DNA of 64,000 nucleotides from Vicugna vicugna (taxonomy: Eukaryota). The notes beneath the pieces are model-generated. The model had not been told where the DNA came from, did not search any database, and worked only from the letters and a program-made list of their open reading frames with translations. Both the position numbers and the translations under genes were made by a program. The DNA lies in contig MU058065.1 in the NCBI GenBank assembly GCA_013265495.1, forward strand, positions 10,519,720-10,583,719, written 5' to 3'. How positions within the stretch are numbered: the stretch's first letter is position 1; every line of letters starts with the position of its first letter. This document shows, piece after piece, positions 13,711-26,490 of the stretch.

Positions 13711-13960
13711 TTACAGTTCTGGAGACCAGAACTCTGAAATCAGTTTCCCTGAGCTTAAGCCAGGGTATTCAGGAGGGCTACTGCTCTTTGGAGATTCTAA
13801 GGGATAATCCATTATCTTGCGATTTTCACCTTCTCCAAATGCATTCCTTGGATCACACACCTTTTTCCATCTTCAAAGCCATCAACATAGCATCTTGCTT
13901 CAGTCATCACATTACTGCCATTTTTTACTCTAGTCATCAGTTTGTCTTTTTCAGTCTTCT
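13708..13960 (-). mobile_element. MaLR LTR (MLT1-type) fragment
   Basis: 'ttacagttctggagaccagaactctgaaatcagtttc', 'ggagattctaagggataatcc', 'ccatcttcaaagccatcaacatagcatct'. Confidence 0.8.
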
Positions 13961-15399
13961 CATTTTTGGGGATTTCCTCTAAGAATTGAAGGAATGAAGA
14001 ATACTGGTTCAGGAATATAAGAAAATTAAAGAGTTACTCAGAGAGAAAGCAGTCTCTGAATTTGGTTTAAAATTTCCAGTAAAATATTCTAATAGTCTTT
14101 GTATTATGTGTCTACAATTTTGACCAAATCCTGTGGGCAGGAAGATGTTTAAACATCTTCAACCTCTATTTGGTCATGTGCCCAGTATTATAACAAGCAG
14201 TAGAGTATTACGATTGCCAATTCTAGAAGTATGTAGACTGGGGGTTCACAAAAACAAAGTAGAATTCCTGTTACCTGAATAAGAAATGCTCAGTACGGAG
14301 CCAGTTCTAAGCTGATGTACAAACAAAACTGGAGTCTGTTTACCACAGTTGATGTGTTAGATTTCTGCAACATTGTGCTGGTTTCAAGAATACCAAGAGT
14401 GAAATTCCCAAAACAGGCATTGCCGTTCTTACAAAAAGTTCCAGTGTTTTAGAAGGCAGACTATTCTGGGTTAGTTCTTAACATTAGGCATCTTGTGTCT
14501 AGTAGTAGTAACTACCAATAATGTCTAAAAATTTTGTCTAATAATAGAGCTCTTGATTTGCGAATGGATTCATCAGTCAAACGCAGTGGTTCTATCATCT
14601 CTTCCTGTCCTGGATACTGCCACTCTAATTTAAGTGTCATTTCTCACACCTGAATAACTGTAACCTCATCTTATTTGAACTATTTCACATCATGTGCTAT
14701 CTACTGCAAACCATCCACCATACCAAATCAAACTTTTGGATTAATATTACTTATTTATTTTCATGGAATCACTAAATTATGTTATTTCAGTTTGAAAAGG
14801 TCAGAGGTACCTTTACGTATACTAAGGAGTGAGAGGTTGTTGTCAATTAAAAATCGAAATTAAGAAAGAATAGTACACAATCTAAACAGGCTTGGTAAAC
14901 AACTAGAAAATAAGAGGAGACACTTCAGGTTTAGTGGCAGTTACCTTGCTGCCTCCTCAGAAGTGGTGTTTATTTTTGTGATTCTTGACTCTGTTGACTG
15001 TCTTCATTGAGGAAAGTCGTTGGATCAAGTCCTTAATCCCCTCCTTTACCATAATCTTCATAAGGACAGCAGCTGTTAATCCTGACCAGCACTATATGTC
15101 TCTAATATCTGATTAGCCGTATACCTAGTTTCATACTAAAAAGAAGGATGAAGGGTAGATTTAGAATAGAATATATGACTAGATTATTTTATTTGTTATA
15201 AATGATTCTTCTTACTTAAAAGGCCAAACAGACTCAAGACTAGAAGAGGAGCTGTGATCATAATTAAAATTATTAATCATAGTCACCTGTACTGTAATAT
15301 AGAGCAAATTGTCACACAATACCTGTGTTTTAGTGGAATTCATGGGAAACTATGAATAAGAAGATCCATCTGAACATAATCAATAGTACTGTGAAGAGA

Positions 15400-17100
15400 A
15401 TAGGACTAATTGAAAATACTGTATATTCACAGATACATTAGGGAAAGAAAAACACATTTTTGAAATGAAGAAAGAGCTGAAATTGTAGGAGGAAAATTAC
15501 ATAATATTCTAGAATAAATGAAGGTAAATATTGGTGTTATTCAACTTCATGGGAAAGAAAATTTCCTGCTATTATTCGAACAGGAAAAACACAAATAAAA
15601 TTGACTAAGATAAACTTGCAGTGAAAAAACATGAATGCTAGAACTGGAGCAATGTAAAAATATTTTAAGAAAAACAAAAGGAAATTTTATACCCAAATAA
15701 ATTAATTCAATTAAAAAGTAAACAGGGAGACCTTCTTGAATATGCAGGCTCTCACTTCACCAAGTGATGGTTAATAAATTGAAAATAAATCACAGTACAT
15801 TTTAAAGTAACAGATCTTTAAAAAGAAAGAAAGAAGGAAGAGAGACAAATAGAACTATAAAACTCAACAGATTAATAATATCAGAGAAAAGATTAAAAGT
15901 ATTGTGCCAACAATACTCCATGCATTTAAAAAAAGATAAAAGGCATCACATGCAGTATTTTAGCTCCCTAGGGCTTCAGTAACAAATCACCACAGACTTG
16001 GTAGCTTAAAAACAACAGGAATTTACTCACCCACAGAAGGACTCAGTATAGAAATCTGAAATCAAGGTGGTGGCAGGCTAACTCCATTGTGTTTTTCTAA
16101 CTTGTAATGCGTCCCAGCAATCCTAAACCATAGCCTTATCATTCTAATCACTGTGTCCATCTTGACATGGCCTTCTCTGCCTGTGTCTCAGTATTTTTCC
16201 CTTTCTTATAAGGAAAATCACCATTCTTATAAGGCCCTCTCTAATCCAATATAACCTTGTCTTAAAGACATCTGCATCTTATTTCCATACAAGTTCAAAT
16301 TCTGAAGTTCTGTGTGGGCATGAATTTGGGGAGAACAATATCGAATCCACTACACATAGAAAATACAGAAGTTCATCAGATTTATAAGACCTAAGAGAAA
16401 ATAAGGTGAGACAAGAGGATATGAAATATGGTTGGCAGAATTCAGGAAAGAAAAGAAAAATTCCAGAAAAGAAGGCCTTTTTTGTAGCAAGTACAAATTA
16501 GAATAGACAGTATTAGAACATAGTAATGGACATGAAAGAACAGATGAGATAATAGAAAAGAAAATGAGAAAGTAAATTGAAAATGATTAAAGACTTTAAA
16601 ATTATCAGAGCAAATATGATAGAAATAGTTAACTAGAAGATCAGATATGCACATCATCAATCATCAATGCCTTAGGAGTGTATTACTGAGATAATATGGT
16701 AGAAAAAAACAGTCAAAGGTAAAATGCAAGATAGATTTTAGAAACTAAAAGATTTAAAACTTGAAGTGAACAGCACCCTGTACTTCAGAGTGGTAAAAAA
16801 ATGCAGAGTGACCCTCATACTAACAGACATTTGACTTGAAAAATGAGAAATGCAAGACTAATTTCATACTTCTTCACAATATATTAAACAGTATACCAGT
16901 AAACTAGTAAGCAGTTGGGCCATATTTTTAAAGCACTGAATGAAAACAAAATGTGACGGAAATTATCCACATTGTTGGACATTTCTGACATGCAAGAACT
17001 CATGAGATTTGGTTTTTCTGAGCCTTTCATTAAGAAACTGCAATTGGACCAACTTCAATCAACCATGAAGTAAATGGAAAAACTGGCACTAAGTTACGAA
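15400..17100 (+). mobile_element. Highly decayed L1 ORF1/HAL1-like sequence, interrupted by an MLT1 LTR
   Basis: Strongly A/purine-skewed tract with ORF1-like remnants such as 'tagaagatcagatatgcacatcatcaatc' and 'tttctgacatgcaagaactca'. Confidence 0.4.
15951..16354 (-). mobile_element. Near-complete solo MaLR LTR (MLT1A/B/C-like)
   Basis: Both ends recognisable: 'tagctccctagggcttcagtaacaaatcaccacagacttggtagcttaaaaacaacaggaattt' and 'catgaatttggggagaacaatatcgaatccactaca'. Confidence 0.88.
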
Positions 17101-17129
17101 TTAAGAAATTGGACCACTAAATTTTGGGG

Positions 17130-17425
17130 AAACCAGTCATCAGCAGATGAGGAAACTGAAATAGCTCTGTGGAGAAGCCCAGGAGTATAAACCAACATTT
17201 AGCACCAAACTTGGTGAAACATGTGAATGAGTTACCTTGGAAGGAGATCCTCCAACTCCAGTGAAGCCTTCAAAGGGCTACATCCTGGCTGACTTGAGTG
17301 CAACACCTTAAGAAGCCCCGAGTGGAATTCTCCAGCCAAGCTGGTCATGAATTCCTGACCTATAATAACTGTAATTGTGGATCTCAGACTAAATGACTGC
17401 TGTAGTTCTGATTTGGAAATAGAAA
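17130..17425 (+). mobile_element. MaLR LTR (MLT1E/F-like)
   Basis: 'catgtgaatgagttaccttggaaggagatcctccaactccagtgaagccttca', 'ccagccaagctggtcatgaattcctgacc'. Confidence 0.8.
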
Positions 17426-17699
17426 TCATTAAAATATAGACATTATACAAATAGGAATTGTAAACAGTGAGTAGATAAAACACCACCAATTACTTGACTT
17501 TTCTCTAATATGAAGAAATCTCTCAGCCAGTGGATAGAAGGCTGGAACCTTCTTGCCCTTAATGACCAAGGCAAAAATCTACTGCTTCTTAGGGAAGAGT
17601 AGCAATAAAAGATATCTTTTTTTGGGGGAGAGAAACAAGAAGCATCTTGTTCCTGGAAGAGAAAGCATCTATTTCAGGAAATAAAAGCAGATTGAGTGC

Positions 17700-18365
17700 T
17701 TCCTAATTCATTCTGAGAGTCCAACATTATGCTAATAACAAAACCAAGATGCTAAAATGAAGGACAACTATATATCAATATTTCTTATGAGCATAAATGC
17801 AAAATTCTTCAACAAAATATTAGTGAAATAAGTCCAAAGTTGTATAAAAAAGTTTTACACCACAACCAAGTGTGATTTATTCCAGATATATAAGGTTGTT
17901 TCAACATTTGAAAATCAGTTAATGTATTCCATCACATCAACAGGCTAAAGATGAAAAATCATTTGATTATATCAATATACAAAGAAAAAGTATTTGATGA
18001 AACAAACATGCACAAAAATAAACTTTTAGTAAACTAGGAATAGATGGGAGATTCCTCCACTTAATAAATCCACAAAAAAGTCTTCAGCAAACATCACACT
18101 TAATATTGAGAAACCATAGTTTCTCTTTATGATCGGGTGTAAGAGAATTCCCTCTTACTATCCTTATTCAATATGGACTGGAAGTCATAGCTAATTCAAT
18201 AAGACAAGGAACAAAAATAAAATGTATACAGACTGAGGAAGAAGAAATATAACTGTCTTTATTCATAATGACATGATTTTCTATGTAGAAAATCCCAAAG
18301 AATTCACTAAAACCTCCTAGAACTAATAAGTGATTATAACAAGATTGCACTATATAGGTTTACTA
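17700..18365 (+). mobile_element. Decayed LINE-1 ORF2, reverse-transcriptase region
   Basis: 'atgcaaaattcttcaacaaaatattag', 'caccacaaccaagtgtgatttattccag', 'gaaaaatcatttgattatatcaata', 'atgacatgattttctatgtagaaaatcccaaagaattcac'; frames broken by stops and indels. Confidence 0.92.
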
Positions 18366-18409
18366 TACAAATTTTAATTATAAATTTAGTATATAAGTTT
18401 TACATAAAT

Positions 18410-18720
18410 GGGATGTGGAGATATGAATAGGTTAAGCCCAGAGGATTTTTAGAGCAGTAAAATGCTCTGTGTTAGTATAATGATGGATATATGTCATTAT
18501 ATATTTGTCCAAACCCACTGAATGTACCACACTAAGAATAAACTATAATGTAAACTATGGACTCAGAATGAATATGATGCTTCAATGTAGGTTCATTCTT
18601 GATGAAAAATGTACCATTTTGGTGAGTGATGTTGATAATGGGGATGACTACACAGTCTTTCTCTCAATTTTACTGTGAACTTAAAACCGCTTTTAAAAAA
18701 GAAGTCTTTAATTAAAAAAA
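18410..18720 (+). mobile_element. L1MC1/2-type 3' UTR
   Basis: 'gatggatatatgtcattatatatttgtccaaaccca...aatgtaaactatggact...tcaatgtaggttcat...ggtgagtgatgttgataatgggg' with an A-rich end. Confidence 0.85.
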
Positions 18721-18724
18721 TCAA

Positions 18725-19190
18725 AACTATAAGACCTTGAATTAGGGTATAAGTTTTTATATATAGCCAAAAACATGATCAATAAGTTTTGGACTTGTAT
18801 TAAAACTAAAATTTTTCTTCTAAAACACTTTTAAGAGAATAAAAAAGCAAACCACCATCTTCAAGAAAGTACTTGCAAAATACATATCTGATAAGGAATT
18901 TATATACAAAGAACTATTAAAACCCAATAAAAAACACACGACCTAAGTTTTAAAAACGCATGAAATATTTGGACAAACTTCACCAGAAAATATATACAGA
19001 TATCAAACAAACATATGAAAAGATACTTAACATCATTTATCTTTAGGAAATTATAAATTAAAACAACAAGATACCATGACACACAATAGAATAGCTAAAA
19101 TCAGAAAAAATGACAATACCAAATGCTGGTAAGGGTATAGGGAAACATGAATATTAACCTCTTGCTGGTGAGAGTGCAAAATTTAATTTC
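18725..19190 (+). mobile_element. Decayed LINE-1 ORF2 C-terminal region
   Basis: 'catatctgataaggaatttatatacaaagaact', 'acatatgaaaagatacttaacatcatt', 'tgacaataccaaatgctggtaaggg'. Confidence 0.88.
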
Positions 19191-19199
19191 AAAGTGAAT

Positions 19200-20365
19200 T
19201 TTACCATATCTTTTAGGAAAAGATAGGTCCAGTACTTTATAAATAATGCCACTAGAGAGAAAAGAACCGTTCCAACACATTCTGTGAAGTAAATAGAACA
19301 CTCATTTAACTGCACTCATACACATACAAATATGGCAAAAACAGCAGTGATAGGCAAATATCAGTTATGATAAAGAATAAACATTACTAAATCAAATATC
19401 CACAAGGAATAATGCAGCATATTCATGCAGTGCTCCTACTAGGAATACAGTGATAATTTAGGGTAAAAATATATTACAGATATATATAAAATGTCAAAAT
19501 ATCATATGATCATCTCTTTTTCTCTCTGTTTTTCTTCTGTGTGTGTGTGTATGTATGTACTAGGTCTCTGTCCTTCTATGAACCTATGTACTTGCCTATC
19601 TACCTATCTCTGTGTTTACTCAAAAGTTAGTATTGTGCTTTATAACAAAACCCATGCATTTCAATTAGTATTAGTATTGTTATATACTTTTTGCTGGAAT
19701 ACCCAAACAATATTCTTCTTAAAGAATCAAACAAAAAACAAAATCGTGAAAAATACTCTATTTATTATTGGGAGGAAAACATAATATGTAAGTTCAACAA
19801 GAAATGTTTAATATACATATGAAGAAATGTTTAAAATGTTACTGAAAGAAGATTTAAATAAATAAAAAAATGAAGCATATCACCTATGTATTTATTCTAA
19901 ATTTAATTCCTGATTTATCAAAAATTTAAATTTAATACAGCATCATAAAAATGGAAAAAGAATTATTGAGAGACTTTACTTAAATGTTTTAATGAGGGAA
20001 GGCATTGTAAGCAAAAAAAGAAAAAAAAAGAAAAACCATAAGCCTTAAAATAAGTCTGTGACTTAAAAGTCATCAAGACTATGTCAAATAAATAATCAAG
20101 TTGGAGAAATATTTGCAAACCATACTTGCATTTTATACAAGTTACCTTCAGATCAAACAGAAACATACAAAAAGACTAGGTAAGTGATATGAATGAACCA
20201 TTTCAAGATAAAATATACAAACTTTAAAACTTCTAAAAACACTCAACCTTACTCATGATAAAAGGTTCAAATTGATAGTATAATAAGATGCCATTTTCTA
20301 CCAATCATGTTGAAAATGATCAAAACAATATGATGTTATTGTTCATAAGGGTTTATGGAAGTAAG
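19200..20365 (+). mobile_element. Very old fragmented L1M ORF2 remnants
   Basis: 'ttggagaaatatttgcaaacc', 'taagatgccattttctaccaatca', 'gaaatgtttaaaatgttactgaaagaagatttaaataaat'. Confidence 0.55.
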
Positions 20366-21339
20366 ACCCCAGACGATATTATCAGTTGCTCTGGTAAAGA
20401 GAAAAGAAAGCTGTAGAGTATGGCATACCAGCATTTCTCTGTTGCAGTCACCTATGGCTCAGTGACCAGAACTACTTATAGTGCCCCCCTTAGTCACAGA
20501 GTGTCCATGAAGTGAAATCCTATGAATTGCTCAACAGGGGAAAATAACCACTATTTGGTAAATAGCACTAATAATTACCGCATTCTACTTCTAGTCATGA
20601 AATAGTCAATATATCTTACTTTCCTCACACAAAATACCCTCCAAACCGCCTCAAATCACATTATTCAAAAGTCCCTCCATCATGGTATCAAGATGTTAAA
20701 ATCAATTTTTGCTGAAGTATGAATCAAGGAAATAGAGCACATATGTAGACAATAAACAGGTTAAATAACCCCTCCAGAAAGTAAATGGTAAAGCCCAAAT
20801 CAAGGGTTTTAATTTGTACAGTGCACTTTTTTTGTAGGTTATTTGTGATAGTGAGTGAAGGGGGCTAATTTGCCTGTATGAATTTTATTCACTGCAACAT
20901 TTACTTGTTAAGATTATTGGCCTGTTATTCTTTATAGTCAACAAAGAACTTGATAAACTATTTCTATATAACTAATAAAGTAGGTAATTAATGTTAGGCA
21001 GATAAATAATGTTATAATCCAAGTTTTGGGTCTTTATATTCATTCTCTGATGAAATACTTAGTGTTTTACAAACATCTTTCCCTAGCTAGAGAAGACCAA
21101 CCCAAGAGTATGTATGTTCTTGGCACTGAACACGAAAGTGAAAAAAAATAACTAATTTTTTTAAACTACACTTAACTGATTGTTCCAGTTTTATATATAA
21201 GTAATTATAAATGTATTCTTAATATTGCATGATTTCATGAAGAAATTTCAGTTTTATAATTGTCCAACAATTTTTTAGCTTTCCCTTTGATATAATTTTA
21301 TATGAAGAGGTCAATGTTAATAAATATATATGTGCGTGT

Positions 21340-21364
21340 ACACACACACACACACACACACACA
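21340..21364. repeat. (CA)n microsatellite
   Basis: Perfect AC run. Confidence 0.95.
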
Positions 21365-24300
21365 GTTGTTAGTCATTGACATTTAACAATTCTGTATTTT
21401 CCACTAGATAGTACTGTAAAACTGAGTACACCATATTACACTGTTCATACCTTTCTTCTGCAAGTACATTTGAAACACCAGTGGTAGGTAAAAATAAATA
21501 TAAGTTTTTCTGGTGTTACATTTCAAATTGTTTCTGCTAACAGTTTTTGAGACCACATGCATTTCCCCATTAATGTAAATATGGTGTTACTGTATCATAA
21601 GCTGATTTGTTTCTCTGTTTACCTTTAAATGAAAATGTTTTAAAGGATGAACTCTAACATAATGAATGTATGTCTGAGGTAAAATTACTGTAGTAGCAAA
21701 AAAAGATATACAGAATATATGAAATACCTCAGAGTTCTAAGATGTGGAATTACTGCTGACAGTATACTCTGCAGTGTACTTATGGTATCTTTATTGTTGT
21801 CATCTGTATTCTGGAGGTTCTCTTGGGATTGCCTTTTCTTGCTCATGGAATTTTGTTGACACATTTAGATGTCAGCTTCTAAAAAATTTATGGAGTGGAA
21901 CAGAAGGGTGTTTCCTTCTTAAAGTTTTATATACCCAAGTTTTCTTCTCCTGATGTGGCAGCTGGGATTATCTTTGGATCACACATTGGGATTTTTGCCA
22001 GAATACATTTGAGCAGAAAGATGAAGAAAGGAGAGGAATACCAAAGTATGAAATGACAGGAAATATTCAGTTTTTTAAAAATTAACAGATTTTACTTGAG
22101 AAATCTAAGTAATATAGATATTGATTTGATGATTTTAGCATAAGTACATCTTTATATTTTACATATTTAATTGACTTCACATAATTAGTTTTGCATAAGT
22201 AGTTTACATATTTAATCATATTACTTATTTTGATTTTTTTTTGTACTTCTGTCTTAAGGTATTAACATGATAGTGTTTCACATATAATGTTTTAAACTAA
22301 TTCATCGTATTTGACCCAAAATACCGGGAAGGGTATCTATTTTGTTCGTTAAATATCATTGGCTCAGTCTTCCAGAAGACAGAAACCAGGTCAAATTATC
22401 TCCCCACTCGAGTGCTTCTTTCTCTGTGCTCTTTCTCTTTTTTCCTTTCTTTCTTTTTCTTTTATCTTCTCCTTATGAGGGATTGCTGAGTTAGTAGGAC
22501 CAAGTTCACAATTTACCATACTGCCTTTTACTAAATGGCAGAGTCATTATATGCACTTTAGATGCTTTCTGCTGCGTACTGTTTTATAGCGAGGTGATGC
22601 AGTCCTTAAATTCTTATGTGCAGGTCTAGGGCAGTATAAATGAATATTATATGTATATACATGTATAAAATATGCAGAAAACAGTATTTCTCATGGGAGA
22701 AGGAATCAAGAATAGCAGGAAGTCCTGTTTAGAATTTCAGGGAGAGAAAGCTTTAGAATGTGGGAAATTTATTGTGTGTATTAAGTATTTTATTCACTAA
22801 TTCTGCTAATGGGAGAATACACTTTAAATTATCCAGGAATAAAGTATCTTCACATTAGAAAGAACCAGTAGTGGAAAAAATAGTTTCCAGTTTAGTTAAG
22901 AAAAGGCTTATGTGAAACTTAATGGCTCTGCAGCAAAATCTGTATAATGTTTCTACCTATCAGAATACCTTGTGGATTAATATCTGAGACAATAGGGAAT
23001 TAAATGAGAAAACTATATCTTTTTGAGGAGAATGTGTTTTTACTCAAGACTAAGTTATTGTGTCCCCCATTATTGACAGTCACTACATTACCCTATAAGT
23101 TTATTTCAAATATTTTGTAGTATAAAAGGAGATAAACATTGTACTGAAGAATCAGAAATTAGTCTTTCTTTGACAATTTTTAATATAGAAAACAGGCAAT
23201 TTTGAAAAAGAATATATTATACATGATTTATAAAATTTCTGGAAATGATTAAAAGCATAGAGTAAAAAGTTAAAAGGGAGAGAAAAAGGCAAAAGAAAAC
23301 TGGATGAAAAGCTGAAGAGAATTTAAGGGAAAAGTATAGGGCAACTAGAGTAAATGACCAATATTATTATCTTTGAAGAAAACTGACAATGCAGAACATT
23401 TTACCAGTGATGTGAAAGACTAACTTTCAAAATTTTTCCTGAAGGAAGAAGGAAAAACAAAGAAGAGTGAAGAAAAGTGATTGTACACAACCTGTCTTAG
23501 CTCTCAAACTATGTTCAGAATGAGACAGAGACAAACAACAAATAAGGATGGAACAAAACCTTCACAGGATTAATAAAGACAATCTTAAACTTACAGATAT
23601 CGGAGTAATAGGCAAAATAATTTTCTGTAACTTACCTGTTTTTAAAATACACTTTCCTTTGCATGAATTTCTTTTTAACAACTTATTTTTTCTGAAACAT
23701 TGTCAGAACTTCCCTTTTATCTTTAATGGACAGTTTAGGCTTGTGTTATTTATATTTTCTCACTAGTAGTCCATTGACAGCCACTTTTCATCAATGACTG
23801 AAAGTTAAAAATACCCACAAAATTTGAAATACCTTTCTGTATATGAAATTAAAATGAGTAGTATCTTTATGTGTAACTATTCTTATAAGTATTTTGTACT
23901 GAAACATTCAGTGTACTTCTACATGATACAATTTTTATTGTTATTCCCATTTCATCATTAAATTTCTGTAAAGATTTTGCTATATTTAAATATCTTGATT
24001 TTAGGAATTCAGCCATGTTGATGATATCCTGGAGTTGGCTTTAGCTTTCTTATTGCAGTAGTTCTTGTGAATAATGTAGTGCTTTCTTCATACTAGTGAA
24101 TCATCCATATTCCAAATGCCTATTCCAAAAATATTTGCAAAATTCTAGTTTTAGCAGTTTAAGCTGTTAGTATTCTTTGCTACTGTAATGGAGCTGATGA
24201 AGAGTATGTTCTAGGATAAGGATAAATAGTAAATTGATCCATTTTTGTTTCTTCACGTTTGTGTATTTACTGTAATATTCACTTTCTGGTTTTATTGAAG

Positions 24301-24769
24301 AATTTTCTAAGCTGCATGACCATGTTTTGAGAATTAGTTGAGTTAAAATTAGTAAAACTTGTCCTTAAATACACTTCCCCAGGCATATACATATGGCATA
24401 CCGCAATGCTCCAGAAGCAAATGGAGGATGCTTCACATTGTGGAACTTACATTTAGGGACTCTTGTGACTTGTGATACATGATGGCCGGTCACATGGAGC
24501 CAATGAGAGTACTGGTGGCAAGCCATATATATAATATTAATATATATCAGTATCTTTGTTAAGTTTTAGAGGAAATATACATAAATATATGTTCTAATAT
24601 TTTCCTCAGAGCTCAAATAATTTTGGGAGGCATACACTGGAGTTCATGGATGCTGTGATTATAACTCTTGATCAGAACAGAAGTATAAAGTAAAGGTTAC
24701 AATCTCTATGTAAGCCTGCTTGGATTACAATCCTGGGCTGTGTTTTAGTTTCCCATGTTTAAAATGCTT

Positions 24770-24950
24770 TTATTTGGCAAATTTTTATATAGCATTCATA
24801 AAACTTTCAAGAAGTATTACCTCCTTTACAGCACAGGAAAGCCAGGTACCGAGATGCTATGTGATTGCATAGGATAACACAGCTGGTAAGCAGCAGGGAT
24901 AGAATTTAAGTCAAAGCAATCTATTTCTAATTTCCACAATATGCTGCCTC
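24770..24950 (-). mobile_element. MIR SINE, apparently nested in an oppositely oriented MIR
   Basis: 'ctcctttacagcacaggaaagccaggtaccgagatgctatgtgattgcataggataacacagctggtaagcagcagggatagaattt'. Confidence 0.7.
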
Positions 24951-24964
24951 TCAAAATCCAGATC

Positions 24965-25070
24965 ACATTAATATTTATCTCATAGGCTTATTGTTAGGAT
25001 TCAATGACATGTGAAATATTAAGAACACAGTTCTGCACATAATTAGCACTCACTGTATCCTAGTTATTGT
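24965..25070 (+). mobile_element. MIR 3' part
   Basis: 'tatctcataggcttattgttaggattcaatga...cacagttctgcacataattagcactca'. Confidence 0.7.
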
Positions 25071-26339
25071 GATAGACACTTTGTTACCATATGGTTGAGA
25101 CTACATGTGGGCAGGAGTTGAGAAGGGCTATGATATTCAAAGAGAAGTGGAGAAAGAGACTGAGGAAAGGCTTGAAAGTATTAAGAGGTATTAACCATCC
25201 TGTTTCTAATCCTTGAGGTTTGGCTGTTTCTCTGCCCTTACTTTGGCTTACTTTTTCATTCTTAATAAAGACAATTCTTAGATTAGAAACAAGATAGTTT
25301 TATTTCAGTATCCATTCTCCATGCTTTACATTTACTATAATGACCCTGTGTTACTGATTTTATTGAATAAAATGCCTAAAGAGCAAAAAGGAAGAAGAAA
25401 GAAAAATGAAAAGGAAAGAAAGGAACAAGCAAGTTCAGTTCTGACCATAGAGTAACATTTTAAAGGCAAACAGACTAAGTAGTATTTATTTAGCATAGAA
25501 TACAGTGAAATAAAAAATGAAAAATATGAGCAATTTTACTAAAAACACATATCCATATATTTCCATTTACTTTAATATTTGGAAGCATATAAATAGTTCA
25601 TGAAACCCTATTGCCAAATATTACACAAAAATTTAGATCACTCATTAGATGTATGTATATACATGTATGTGTATATATGTGTTTTCCAATCTTTCAATTT
25701 TCAAAGGTTTTGGCATTGTGTACAAACATTCTGAAAGGATTAACGATTCCTCGTCCCATAATGGAAACAACCATAACCAAATCAAATGGAAAATCAGCAC
25801 AGCTCACCTACTTTCTCAGAACATCTGTTACTTCATAAATTAGGTAAATCATTAGCGTTAGCATTTCTGAAGGCAAATCAAAGCAGATCCTAAAAGCTTG
25901 TTTTGCTGCATACTCCCTCACTTTGCCTGCAGACATTTCATTTAAGGTATCTGAAGTGAAAACCAGTCTCACTTTTCTTAAATACCAAAATTTAGAGAAA
26001 AACCTTTTAGTAACAAATAACAACATGTCATCCATTCTACCGTGAACAGAATTGGTGTGCCAGTGGGAAAGCCTTAGAAATTGACAGTTGAGATACTTTA
26101 TAATAATGCCGAATGTTTCCCCAGTAGTTGGGTGGAAATACATAATTAAAAGGAAAGCCTCTCAGAAAGTGACAAGAAGTGACTATTGCTGGGTCATAAA
26201 ATATATGTTCATTATTAATTGGCCCTGCAAAGTGACAATTTTGGAGTTAAGAAAAATAGCTATAACTAATATTTTTATGTATATTTGGAATTCAGTGATT
26301 CAGTTATTCAGATATTTCATGCATCTTAATTGCTGAAAA

Positions 26340-26490
26340 TTTTGCTTGGCTATCTGCTCATGACTATTAAACATAAAGGAATAATAGCAGTATCTATCTT
26401 TGGATTTATTGGAAAGATTAAAGGAAATGTATATAAAACATTTAAACAACATTTTATACATAGTAGACTCAGTAAATCATATTAAGTACA
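26340..26490 (+). mobile_element. MIR fragment
   Basis: 'ataaaggaataatagcagtatctatctttggatttattggaaagattaaagg...catagtagactcagtaaat'. Confidence 0.6.

Noticed and set aside
13620..13982. 120-aa hydrophobic ORF
   Set aside because: Produced by the (TCTA)n microsatellite plus an MLT1 LTR.
25808..26143. 111-aa minus-strand ORF
   Set aside because: No recognisable homology or exon structure; ORFs of this size arise by chance.
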